From Pseudomonadota bacterium (GTDB lineage Bacteria > Pseudomonadota > Alphaproteobacteria > Dongiales > Dongiaceae), in the NCBI GenBank assembly GCA_021792365.1, contig JAJYUT010000002.1, positions 452,313 through 516,312 of the forward strand: 64,000 nt of DNA, in the 5' to 3' direction. The stretch's first letter is position 1; each line of letters starts with the position of its first letter. The notes beneath the pieces were generated by a model. The model saw nothing but the letters and a program-made list of their open reading frames with translations. It ran no database searches and was not told the DNA's origin. A program made the position numbers and the translations under genes. Below are positions 50,892 to 61,900 of this stretch, piece after piece.

Positions 50892-50907
50892 GTTATGGTT
50901 TCGTTAA
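50892..50907 (-). promoter_or_regulatory. CtrA-like box upstream of the T1SS ATPase
   Basis: Minus strand TTAA-CGAAACC-ATAAC versus consensus TTAA-N7-TTAAC (one mismatch), in an AT-rich patch about 50 bp upstream of the ATG. Confidence 0.35.
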
Positions 50908-51105
50908 GACGTGGCCTGCCTTGCGCGCCGGCACGCAGCCCGGCACCCAAGCATTTATGTCCCGACCGATCCGCGCAAGCCCTCTGCCCATAGCCATCAG
51001 TATAGCAGCGTGCCGCCCCGTTCAGCGACGCCGCGCACGTTTACCCGAAATTTGTTGCCAGCGCCGCACTTTACGCCGGCACAGATATTCACGTCTCCGC
51101 TGCAA

Positions 51106-52671
51106 TCATGACTCGACCGCGATAACCCCCAGGCGGTGCAGGATCGGCACCTCGTCCGACCAGAACCTGTCGAAGAATTGCGCAGCCCGACCCGGGTCGT
51201 CGAGCGGTTTTTCTTCCTTTGCCGGCTTGCTGAAGCGGATGCGCCGGCGCTTCACCTCGCTCAGCAGCCGCTCCTTGAGCTCGCTCTTGTCCTTCCACGG
51301 CTGGCTGCAGAGGGACAGGATCACCGCGAAAACCGGATCGATGCCGATAGCATTGCCCGCGACGGTTGAGACCACCTGCCCGGGGGCCAGGCTGTCGGCC
51401 ACGCGCTTCACCAGAGCGCGGTTGACGGCGAGCGGAATGCGGATCTGCCTGGGGTCGGCGGGGATCGGCGCCGGCCTGCCGGCGCCGGCACAGGGCACGA
51501 CGATGCCGGTGGCGGCCATCAGCGTCATAGTGCGCTCCACGTCGACATTGGCCAGCTTGCGCGCCGCGACCTCCTTGCGCAAATCGGCGATCGACCAGGC
51601 GCCCTGCCCCAGCAGTTCCTTGAAGGCGGGAAAGGCCTGCTCGTCGAACTTCACCTCGCCGCGCGCCACCTTGGCCATGTTGTTGAGGCTCTTGAGGTCG
51701 CGCGCGCTGCCGAACACCTGGCTGTCCATGTTGCGGGCGATCGCGGCCCGGGCGAGCTGCGCATGGCCGCGCACGAACACGTCGCGGCGGAAGCGCTGGT
51801 TCTGCGCCAAATCCTGGAAAAGCTGGCGCAGGCGCGCGCTCGGCTGGGCCTTCACCTTGGCCTGGAGGTCGTCGCCGCCCAGCAGCTCGAGGTGGTTCTC
51901 CGCCAGGGTGGCGGACCCGGCGAAGGTGAGCTTGGCGTTCGCCATCTCGTCCGCCACCTCGCTGCTGTAGAACGGCGTCCAATGCTCGTTCAGGAACTCG
52001 TGGGCGAGGTAGTTGGCGTTGCGCTCCGCCATCTTGGCGGCCATCTTGCCGGCGCTCGGCGCGGCGGCGAAATAGGCGAACTTGGCGCCGACCAGCTCCT
52101 CCACCGACTTGAGCGCGGCGGTGGTGCGCTGGGTCGCGTCGCCCGGCAGGTGGCGCGCCGTCTCGTAGACCAGCTTCTGCAGCGGACCGTCGGCAGCCCA
52201 GCCGGGCAGGCAATTGTAGCTGTTGTAGACGAGGCCCCCGGGCTTCAGCCGCTCGCGGATGATGCGCTGGATGCCGGCGCGCACCTCCGCGCTGACCCAG
52301 GCGTAGACGCCGTGCAGCACGATGAAATCGCATTCCGGCACTTCCTGCGCCGTGAGGTCGAGAAAGCTGCGCTCCAGGAACTCGATATTGCCGATGCCGG
52401 CCGCCCCGGCATAGCGCCGCGCCCAGTCGATATGCGCGGGATTGAAATCGACGCCGAAGAAGCGCCCCTGCGGATGCGCGCCGGCCAGCAGCGTGACCGT
52501 CTGCCCCAGGCCGCAGCCGAGCTCCAGGTAGGTGAAGCCGGGCTCGAGCGGCCGCGGCTGGCAGCCGTTCAGCACCGCGACATAGTTCAGCCAGGCCGGC
52601 GACAGCTCGCGGAAGAAATGCTCGGTGTAGAGGACTTCGGTGACGTAGCCCTGTGACCAGTCGGAGTCCAT
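51106..52671 (-). CDS. Class I SAM-dependent methyltransferase with methyltransferase-regulatory domain (rickettsial PKMT-like)
   Basis: LELGCGLG motif I, GVDFN, DFIVLHGVYAWV, GLVYNSYNCLPGW, YLAHEFLNEHWTPFY and NQRFRRDV; GGGGGA RBS. Confidence 0.85.
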   Translation of the reverse strand: MDSDWSQGYVTEVLYTEHFFRELSPAWLNYVAVLNGCQPRPLEPGFTYLELGCGLGQTVTLLAGAHPQGRFFGVDFNPAHIDWARRYAGAAGIGNIEFLERSFLDLTAQEVPECDFIVLHGVYAWVSAEVRAGIQRIIRERLKPGGLVYNSYNCLPGWAADGPLQKLVYETARHLPGDATQRTTAALKSVEELVGAKFAYFAAAPSAGKMAAKMAERNANYLAHEFLNEHWTPFYSSEVADEMANAKLTFAGSATLAENHLELLGGDDLQAKVKAQPSARLRQLFQDLAQNQRFRRDVFVRGHAQLARAAIARNMDSQVFGSARDLKSLNNMAKVARGEVKFDEQAFPAFKELLGQGAWSIADLRKEVAARKLANVDVERTMTLMAATGIVVPCAGAGRPAPIPADPRQIRIPLAVNRALVKRVADSLAPGQVVSTVAGNAIGIDPVFAVILSLCSQPWKDKSELKERLLSEVKRRRIRFSKPAKEEKPLDDPGRAAQFFDRFWSDEVPILHRLGVIAVES

Positions 52672-52746
52672 GCTTCCCCCAATGGGCGGCGGCGTTTATT
52701 GCCCTGTTCGCCACAGCCCCGCACCACCCACAGCCCGTCGGCGGCG

Positions 52747-52761
52747 GCATGGTTAATGCCA
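52747..52761 (-). promoter_or_regulatory. Candidate sigma54 -24/-12 promoter that also contains a TTAACCAT (CtrA-type) motif
   Basis: Minus strand TGGCATTAACCATGC with GG/GC at canonical spacing, about 75 bp upstream of the methyltransferase ATG. Confidence 0.38.
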
Positions 52762-52849
52762 CGGATTGGCGCGCGCGGTCAAAGCCCATCCTGCCCGCAA
52801 AGCCTGAACATTGCTTAAGCGCGCCCGGCTAATCCCCGGATTTTCGGGC

Positions 52850-52875
52850 AAAAAGAAGGGCGCCCGAAGGCGCCC
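52850..52875 (-). terminator. Rho-independent terminator after the adhesin gene
   Basis: GGGCGCC-TTCG-GGCGCCC stem-loop followed by TTCTTTTT on the minus strand; a second GC hairpin lies at about 52907-52938. Confidence 0.7.
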
Positions 52876-52955
52876 CGATCTCTTCCCCAAGAGAAACTCG
52901 AGAAGTGGGAGGGCGCCCCGTGGGGTGAGGCGCCTCCCGTCAACGTGCTTCTGTC

Positions 52956-55900
52956 TTAGTTATTGCCATAGAGGATGTCGCCATTGTTGTCATCCATGGT
53001 CAGACCAGTGACGCCGAGGACGGTGATTCGGAGGTCGTTGCCCACACCGAAACCGTTACCTTCGGCATCAACCGTTATAACCGTGTCACTGCCGACCGTT
53101 TGAATGTTGATTCGGCTGGCCCTCGTGGCTTCGTTGGGATTGCCGAGCGCATCGAAGAGCGGGTTCAGGTCGATTACATCCTGACCGCCGCCGTTGGAAC
53201 TAGCGTCAAAGCCGCTGATCACATCGTTGCCGTCGAGGGCCGAGGTGTAGCGGACAGTGTCGTGGCCGTCTCCGACATTGATCGTGTCGTTCCCCGCGCC
53301 GCCGACGTAGGTGTCGCCACCTTCGCCGCCGTCGAGAATGTCGTCTCCGTCACCGCCATTGATCGTATCACTGCCGTCATTTCCGAACACAATATCATTG
53401 CTCTTGCCGGCATTGATGATGTGAGAGTTGTCGCTGTCCACAATGATCTCCGAGTCGTCGGTCCCGGTGATATTGCCGTTGGACACCGCAGTCACTGTGA
53501 CTTCTGCCGTGGCATTGCCCGCCTTATACGTGAAGTGGCCGACGTCGCCCGGATCGAAGCCGCTATCGGTGTTGACGGTGACGTTTCCACCACCCGTTGT
53601 CACGTCGTCGAAGGTACTGCCACCGTCGAACGCTGTGATCTGACTAATCGTCAACGCATTATCCGCGTCGCTGTCGTTCGCCAACAACGCCCAATGCGGC
53701 ACGCTGAACGAGCTATTGTCGTTGATCGCTGTGATGATCGAATCCGGATTCGCCACCGTCGGATCATCCACCGCCGTCACCGTGATCGTCGCTGTCGCCG
53801 GCGTCACGTCCTCCAAGCCGTGATTGTCGATCGCGGCGTACTGGAACGTGGGCGAACCGTTGAAGTTGGGGTTCGGCACGAAATGCAAGGTGGCCGCATT
53901 GGCAACCGCAAGCACGGTGTCGTTCGCCGCGATCACGATCGTATGCGCAGCGTCGGCATAAAGCGTGCCGTTCGCCGGCAGAGAGATGATCCTGAACGAG
54001 GCCACCGTGCCGTTGGCGTCGGAACCCGAGAGCGAGACCGGGATGTTGGCCGCGTCCTCGGCGCCTGAGCCGGATACGGCATTGGTGCTCGGCCGGATGA
54101 CAACGTCGTTGATGGTGACCGTGCCGGTGTCATCGGCGATCGTCCAGCCAGCGGGCGCGCCCGAGATGACGACGCTGTACTGCTCGTCGTTCTCGACCAG
54201 CCCGTCGGGCAGTGCGTTGACGGGGATCGACGCCGTGGTGGCACCCGCCAGGACCGTGACGCTCACGACGGTCGGCGTGTAGTCCGAACCGTTTCCCGCA
54301 GTGTCACCGACCTTGCTGAAGGTTACGGTGAAGGTGGTATCGGTCGTCACCGCTTCGGACAGCTTCACGGTCAGGTTTGACGTACTGCCCTCGTCCACCG
54401 TCGTGTCGTCGATCGAAACGACCGGCGGCAGATTCTCGATCGTGACCTTGAGCTGCGAGGTGTTGCTCACGTCGCCATCGTTGTCGGTGATCTTGTAGTC
54501 AAACACCTCCGTCTTGTCGCCGCCGGAGATGTTCTTGGGCACGAAGTCGAAGTCGCCGTCGGAGAAGTCGATCGTCATGCGGCCATGGTCGGTATCGAAC
54601 GACACCTCCTTGCCATTGATGGCGGCCGCCTTGCCGTTGGCAACTCCATCGATCACGACCGCACCGGCACCGTCCCAGGTGATCTTGATGTCCAGGTCGT
54701 TGTTGGCGCTGTCGTATTCGAAGTACGACAGGTGCGCCGGACCATCGCCCGGGTTGTCGGGCGTTTTGTCGGCCGGAGCATCCGGATCGCTTTCGTTGTC
54801 CCCGTTCAGGATATTGCCCTCGATCGGCTCGCCGATCGTGCCCGTCAGCGTGGCGGACAGGTCGTTGAAGTCGTCGACCAGGATGACCGTGTTCGGCGGG
54901 CCGTCGTTTCCGTCCGGATCGGCCACATCGTTCAGGTGCTGGTTATTCGCACCGTTCGGAATGGCCGTCCCGAGGCCGACCGAGTAGACATGCTCGATCG
55001 GATTATTCTCGAGCAGTTCGTCCCAGTCCTCCCGCGTACCCTCGGTGATCCGGTTGCCCGAACCGCCGCCGGTGGTCGGCTCGCCGTCCGACAGGAAGTA
55101 GACGAGATTGTCGTGCGTGCCAAAGTCGCCGCGCCCGTCGGTATCCTCGAAGCCGTCGATCGCATCCTGGATCGCCGCTTCATAGTTGGTGAAGCCATTG
55201 CTCTGCGGGATGTCGTCGATCGCGTCGATGGCAGCCTGCAGGCTGAGCCAGGTCGGCTCACGATCGGAGCCGGAGTTGAAGGTGACCAGCATCACCCGAA
55301 CGTCGCCGCCGGTTGCGGCATAGGCGTTGAGCATGTTGATCGCCGCCTGCTTCGCCGCTTCCAGCTTGCTGACGCCCGGGATACCCGACGGATCATTCAT
55401 CGAGCCCGAGTTGTCGAACACCAGCAGGAGGTTGACGTTCTTCGGAGCCGGCTCGCTGCCCGACGCGACGTCGTCGTAGGTGATCGGCGTCTTGTCGACG
55501 TAGACGTCCTTGATGCAGACGGTCAGGTCCGCCGGGTTGCTCTGATCACCGTTGTCGTCGGTGATCTTGTAGGCGAAGTGCTCCTCCTTGTCGCCGCCGT
55601 CGATCGCGCCGGCGATGAAGTCGTAGTCGCCGGTGGAGAGATCGAAGGTCATGCGGCCATGCTCGGTGTCGAACGACACCTTGGTGCCGTTGATCACCGT
55701 GTTCTCGCCGCCGGAAACCTCACCCGGATCCACGTTGCCCACGCCATCCCAGTTGATGGTGATGTCGAGCCCGTTGTCGGTCGGGTGGTCGTACTGGAAG
55801 AACGAGACGTGGCTGAAGCCGTCGCCGACATTGTCCGCGTCGCCCGGCGTAGGCGCGCTGCCATCGCCGTCGACCGCGCCATTCGGGCTCGAGTCGTCAT

Positions 55901-58900
55901 TCTCGATTGAGCCGTCGAGCACGTTGCCTTCGTTCAGCGTCCCGACCGTGCCGGCCAGCGTGGCGGACAGGTCGTTGAAGTCGTCGACCATGATGACCGT
56001 GTTCGGCGGGCCGTCGTTTCCGTCCGGATCGGCCACATCGTTCAGGTGCTGGTTATTCGCACCGTTCGGAATGGCCGTCCCGAGGCCGACCGAGTAGACA
56101 TGCTCGATCGGATTATTCTCGAGCAGTTCGTCCCAGTCCTCCCGCGTACCCTCGGTGATCCGGTTGCCCGAACCGCCGCCGGTGGTCGGCTCGCCGTCCG
56201 ACAGGAAGTAGACGAGATTGTCGTGCGTGCCAAAGTCGCCGCGCCCGTCGGTATCCTCGAAGCCGTCGATCGCATCCTGGATCGCCGCTTCATAGTTGGT
56301 GAAGCCATTGCTCTGCGGGATGTCGTCGATCGCGTCGATGGCAGCCTGCAGGCTGAGCCAGGTCGGCTCACGATCGGAGCCGGAGTTGAAGGTGACCAGC
56401 ATCACCCGAACGTCGCCGCCGGTTGCGGCATAGGCGTTGAGCATGTTGATCGCCGCCTGCTTCGCCGCTTCTAGCTTGCTGACGCCCGGGATACCCGACG
56501 GATCATTCATCGAGCCCGAGTTGTCGAACACCAGCAGCAGGTTGACGTTCTTCGGAGCCGCCTCGTCGCCGCACTTCTTGTCGTCGTAGGCGACGGGGAT
56601 CAGGTTATCGAGGCTCTGCACCTCCGCCTTGGCCTCCACGCTCTGCGAGTTGTTGTCCGGGTCGCACTCCTGGTCGGACGGTTTCTCCACCGCCGTTGCC
56701 GTCGCGGTGAAGTCGGCGGTCGTGCCTGAGGGGGCGCCGACATTCTTGATCTCGATCTGCAGATCGCTGATCGAGCCGACGCCGTCGACCCCGTCGCCGT
56801 CCTTGCTGTCGATTTTCAAGATCAGCGTCGTCGCGGTCGAGCTCGGATCCTTCACCACGCCGGCAGGCAGCGAGCTCAGGAAATTGCCCGTGAACTCAAA
56901 GCCGGCAGGCGCCGTAATCGTGACCTGGTGCGCTTCCGACCCGTCCTTGAAGTCGTCAAAAGTCGCATCCAAGGTCAGTGTGCCGAGCTCGTTGGTGCTG
57001 AACTTATCGCCAACATCGTCGCTGTCGGCGGCCGTGATCGTCACGCTGAGCACGCTGGGATCACCATCGCCGCCGTTGGCATCGTCCTTGCCATCCGCCA
57101 CGGCATCGACCTGCACGAAGGCGTCGTCGTTGGCGGTGTCTTTCAGGCTCGGGTCGAAGTTGCTCTCCGATTCGACCACCGCAGTCACCGTGCCGAGATC
57201 GACGTCGCTGTCCGCCGGCGGAATGACAGTGAAGCTGCCGGCAAAGTCAGTGGTCGTCGCATTGTCGAACAAGATGGTGAGCTTGCCGTCCGCCCCGATC
57301 GTGTCCGTGACGCTGGTATTGGCCTGGTCGAGGCCGGTCCAGACGATCGTGAAGCCGGCCACGCTTGGCGGGAACGTGATCACGATGCTCGTCAGGTGCG
57401 AGCCATCCGTCGTGCTCGCCGTGACGGGGATCGACACGCCCTCGGAATCCTCGGGCACGCAGACCGGATCGGCGTTGGCGCCGAGGGTCACGCTCGCTTC
57501 CGGCGGGTTGCTCTTGCCGTCGATCTTGATCGTCAGCGTGGAGGAGGCCTTGTCGTCGTCGCCGTCCTTGACGGTGTAGTTGAAGACCTCCTGCAGCTGC
57601 TGGCCGGTCTCGAGATCCTTCACCGCCTGCTTGCTCTCATCCAGCACGTATTCGTAGTCGCCGTTGGCGCTCACATAGAGCGTGCCGTAGAGACCCTGGA
57701 TCACGCCGTTGCTGTCGATGTTGCCGTTCTCCGCCGTGTCTTTCCAGGAGATGCTGCCGAACTTGTCGCTGCCCATGGAATCGGCGGTGCCGTCCGTGCC
57801 GTTCGCGTCGGGATCGACCGCCACGTCCACGCCCGTCACCACGTTGCCGGTGGCGATGGTCGGGCCGCCTTCCTTGACGCTGTCGCAATCGGCGTTGGCC
57901 GTCGGCCCGTCATCCTCGAACTTGATGATCTTGCCAAGGTCAACGCTCTTGGTGGCGGTATCGCCGTCGCCATCCGTCACGGTCATCTGCAGCAGCAGCT
58001 TGTTGCTGCCGGTGATGACCGCGGCCGAAGCGCCAGACTCGTCGTGGTCGTTCGAGTTGTTGTGCTCGACCGCGCGGTACTGGTGCACGGTCACGCTGCC
58101 GTCGGCGGCCACGATGATCTTGAACACCAGCTCGTTGGAGCCGGCGGTGCGGCCTTCGATCACGCCACCATTGTTCACCAGGTTCACGGCCTGGTTGCTC
58201 TGCGTGTCGACCAGTCCGGTATTGGCGTTGCCGATGGCCAGCGCGAAGGTCTTGGAATTGGCGCCCGCCGCGCCGTCGGTGCCGAAGTCCACGCTCGCGG
58301 AGAACAGGTTGTTGGCGCTGATGGTTACGTAGCCGATGTCGTCCAGGTCACCCGGCGAATCCGCCTCGTCATCCGAGTTGCCGGTCCCGCCTACTGTCTC
58401 GTCGAGAACCAGGGAGACGTTCTTGAGCTTGAACTCCTGGATCTTCGGGCCGTCATCCTCGAACTTGATGATCGAGCCGAGGTCGACGCAGTCGCTGGCG
58501 CTGTCGTTGTCGCCGTCGGTGACGGTGACATTCAGTAGCACCTTGCCCGGATCCATGATCTCCGGCGAGTTCGACTCGTCGTGGTCGTTCGGGTTGTCGT
58601 GCTCCACCGCGCGCTTCTGGTGGACCGTCACCTCGCCGCTGTCGTCGTCAACCGAGATCGTGAACGCCAGCTCGCCGCCAGCGTTGCCCACGCGGCCTTC
58701 GATCACACCGCTGCCATTCAGCACCAGGACGATCGGCTGGTCGGTCACGGCGTCCACCAGGCCGGACGGCGTGCCGTTGCCGCCGGGGATGGAGAGCGCG
58801 AATACCTTCGCGTTGCTGTCCGCCGCGCCGTCCGTGCCGAAATCGGTGAACTCGCTGAACAGCAGGAAGGCCGGCACCTTGGCGTAGCCGATATCGCCGG

Positions 58901-61900
58901 GAGCACCGGCCCAATCGTCCAGCTCGTTCAGATCGCCCAGGTCGATGTCCCAGATGCTGCCAGCGACCGATTCGTCGAGCACGATCTTCGCGCCGTGGTG
59001 CAGGTTGAGATCGGTCGTCGGCCCGTCATCGTCGAACGAGATGCCGCAGCCGATGTCGACGGTCTCACTGTCCTTGTCGTTGTCGTTGTCGGTGGCGGTA
59101 GCCTTGACGCCGAGGATGCCATCGCCCAGGAACAGCACCTCGTCATGCGCGCCGGGCGCCGGCTCGGTGCCGCCGTGATCGACGGCGCGGTACTGGACGG
59201 AGACGATGTCGCCGCTGTCCTGGTCGAGCCACACCGCGAACACCAGGTGGCCCTCGCCGTCCACGCCGTAGACCACGCCCGAGGGCGCCTGGCACAGCGT
59301 GACCGGCGTGCCGGTCTTGGTGTCGATGAGGTTGGTCTGCTCGCACAGGATCTTGAGCTCGTAGCAGGCCGAGCCGCCATCGGCGCCGAAATTCACCTTG
59401 AACAGCTTCTCGACGTTGTCCGCGGAGGCGCCGATCGGCAGCGGCACGAAGACCGGCAGGCCGTTCAGGGCAGCCTTGATCACATCGGCCGCGTTGTCGA
59501 TCACGTCGCCCTCGACGGTCGAGCCGTCGGCGGGCGTGTTGTTCGGGTGGTTGAGGTCGTCGTAGTCCTGCTGGCTGAGGCTGAGGGACTCGTCCATCGC
59601 GAGGTTCAGCTTCGCGCCGTGGCACTCCTCCACCTTCGGCGTGTCGTCGTCGACAGAGATCTTGATCTTGCCTTCGGCGGAGTCGCCGTCGCCGTCGTAG
59701 CCGTTGACCTTGAACTCGAACTTGAAGTTGTCCTCGTACTTGGTCTCCGTCTGGCTCTTGCCGTCGTCCTGGAACGGATGCTCCAGCGGCTTGTGCAGGC
59801 AGAACTCGAACGCGCCCACGTTGCTGCCGGCGGTGTCGAGGGTGAAGGTGAAGACCTTCTCGTTGCCGTTGATGTAGGCGGTCCAGGTCACCACGCCGGT
59901 GCCGGCGTCGGGCCCGGACTTCACGAAGGTGAGCGCCTCGCCGTCGATGGCGTAGAGGCCGCTGCCACCGACGACCGGGTTGCCCTGGGCGTCGAAGGAG
60001 AGCGTGAGGACAGTGTTCTGGGCCGCGTCCTTGACGGTCAGCTCGCAGATCTCGAGATGGCCCGGCTTGTCGCTGCCGAAGTCGAACTTGATCTTGCCCG
60101 AGGTCTTGGTGTCGCCGCCATCGTCGCCGGGGCCGCCCGGGATGCCTTCCGGCAGCTTGTCCTCGTCGATGTCATCGCTTTCGTTGCGATCCCAATCCAC
60201 CTTCTCGAACACCGGCCCGTCATCTTCGAAGGAGATGCCCTTGCCGATGTCGACGGTCTTGCAGTCGGAGTCGCCGTCCTTGTCCGTCGCGGTCACGGTG
60301 ACGCCGAGCAGGCCGCTGTCGAGGCAGGCCACCTCGTCATGCGCGCCGGGCTTGCCTTCCTCGTCGCCGTGATCGATGGCGCGGAACTGCGCCATGACGA
60401 GCTTGCCGCTGTCCGCGTCGATCCAGATCGCGAACACCACCTCGTTGCCGGCCATGCCCTTCACGATGTCGCCGTGCTTGACCAGCGTGATGCACGCGCC
60501 GGTCTCGGTGTCCCTGAGGTTGGTCTTGCCGTCGCCGCACAGGATGGTCAGGTCGTAGCAGACCGAGCAGCCCTTGTCGGAGCCGAAGTCGATCTTGAAC
60601 AGCTTCTCGGCATTGTCGTGCGCGAAGCCGATCAGGTCCGGGACGTTGCCCGGGAAGATCGCGTCGAAGATGTCGACCACCAGGCTGAGCGGATACTCGT
60701 CGTTCTCGGCCGCCGGGCCGTCCTGCTTGCCGTTCGGCTCGTCGCGGTCGTCGTCACGCGGGAAGATGTCGAGGAAGTGCTTGGCCGTGCTCTCGTCCAC
60801 CGCCAGATTGACCTCGCAGTCGGTGGCGCAGATCACCGGGCCGTCATCCTCGAAGGAGATGCCCTTGCTGATGTCGACGGTCTTCGAGTCCTTGTCGCCG
60901 TCCTTGTCGTAGGCGGTCGCGGTGACGCCGAGCGTGCAATCGTCGAGGAACTTCACCTCGTCATGCGCACCCTTGCCGCCTTCCTCGTCGCCATGATCGA
61001 TCGCGCGGTACTGGGCCGTGACGATCTTGCCGCTGTCGTGGTCGAGCCAGACCGCGAACACCAGGTTGCCGCAGCCGTCGCGGCCCTCCACGATGCCGTA
61101 CTGGTTGGTGCACAGCGTGATGCAGGTGCCGGTTTCGGTGTCGGTGAGGCTGGTGTTGCTGTTGAGGATGGTGAGCTCGTAGCAGATCACGCAGCCCTTG
61201 TCGGTGCCGAAATCCACCTTGAACAGCTTGGCCACGTTGTCCGCGGCCGCGCCGATCGGCGGCGGGCAGGTTTCCAGCCCCGAGCACTCCACCGCGATCT
61301 TGTTCAGGACCTCGTCGTTCTCCGGCGTCCAGCCGTCCTTGATGCCCCAGAAGCCGTGCTGGTTCTGGTCGTACGGACGGTGGCCATGGCCCTCCGACTC
61401 GTCCATCGCCAGGGTCAGCTTGCAGTCGGTGCCGCACACGGTCGGGCCGTCATCCTGGAACACGATGGAGGGATTGCCGTCGCAGCCGTCGAGCGGCTGG
61501 CGCGCGATCACTGCGTCGCCGTCGGCGTCGGTCACCTTCACCTGCAGGTAGATGAGGGCGTTGTCCGCGCAGTCCAGCAGCGTCAGGGATTCGTCGCTGT
61601 CGCAGCCGTCCGGGTGCTTGATGGCGCGGTACTGCGCCAGCTCCAGGTTGCCGGAGTCCGACACGTGCAGCGCGAAGCTGATCGGGCCGTCCTTGCCGCC
61701 GACGCGGCCGACCACGAAGGTCTCGCCGCATTCCTGCACCGTGTAGAGGAAGATCGGCAGGCCGCTCTTGGTGTCGGTGAGGTTGGTCTTCTCGCCGCAG
61801 AAATCCTTGCCGAAGCAGTTGACGATGCTGACCGGCGAAACCTTGCCGGGGCCATCAGCGCCGAAGGCCGCCTCGGGGTCGCTGCTGCCGCCGCTGAGGT

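Noticed and set aside
50311-56560. Repeats as a possible CRISPR array or mobile-element ends
   Set aside because: All are in-frame coding repeats without spacers, cas genes or transposases.
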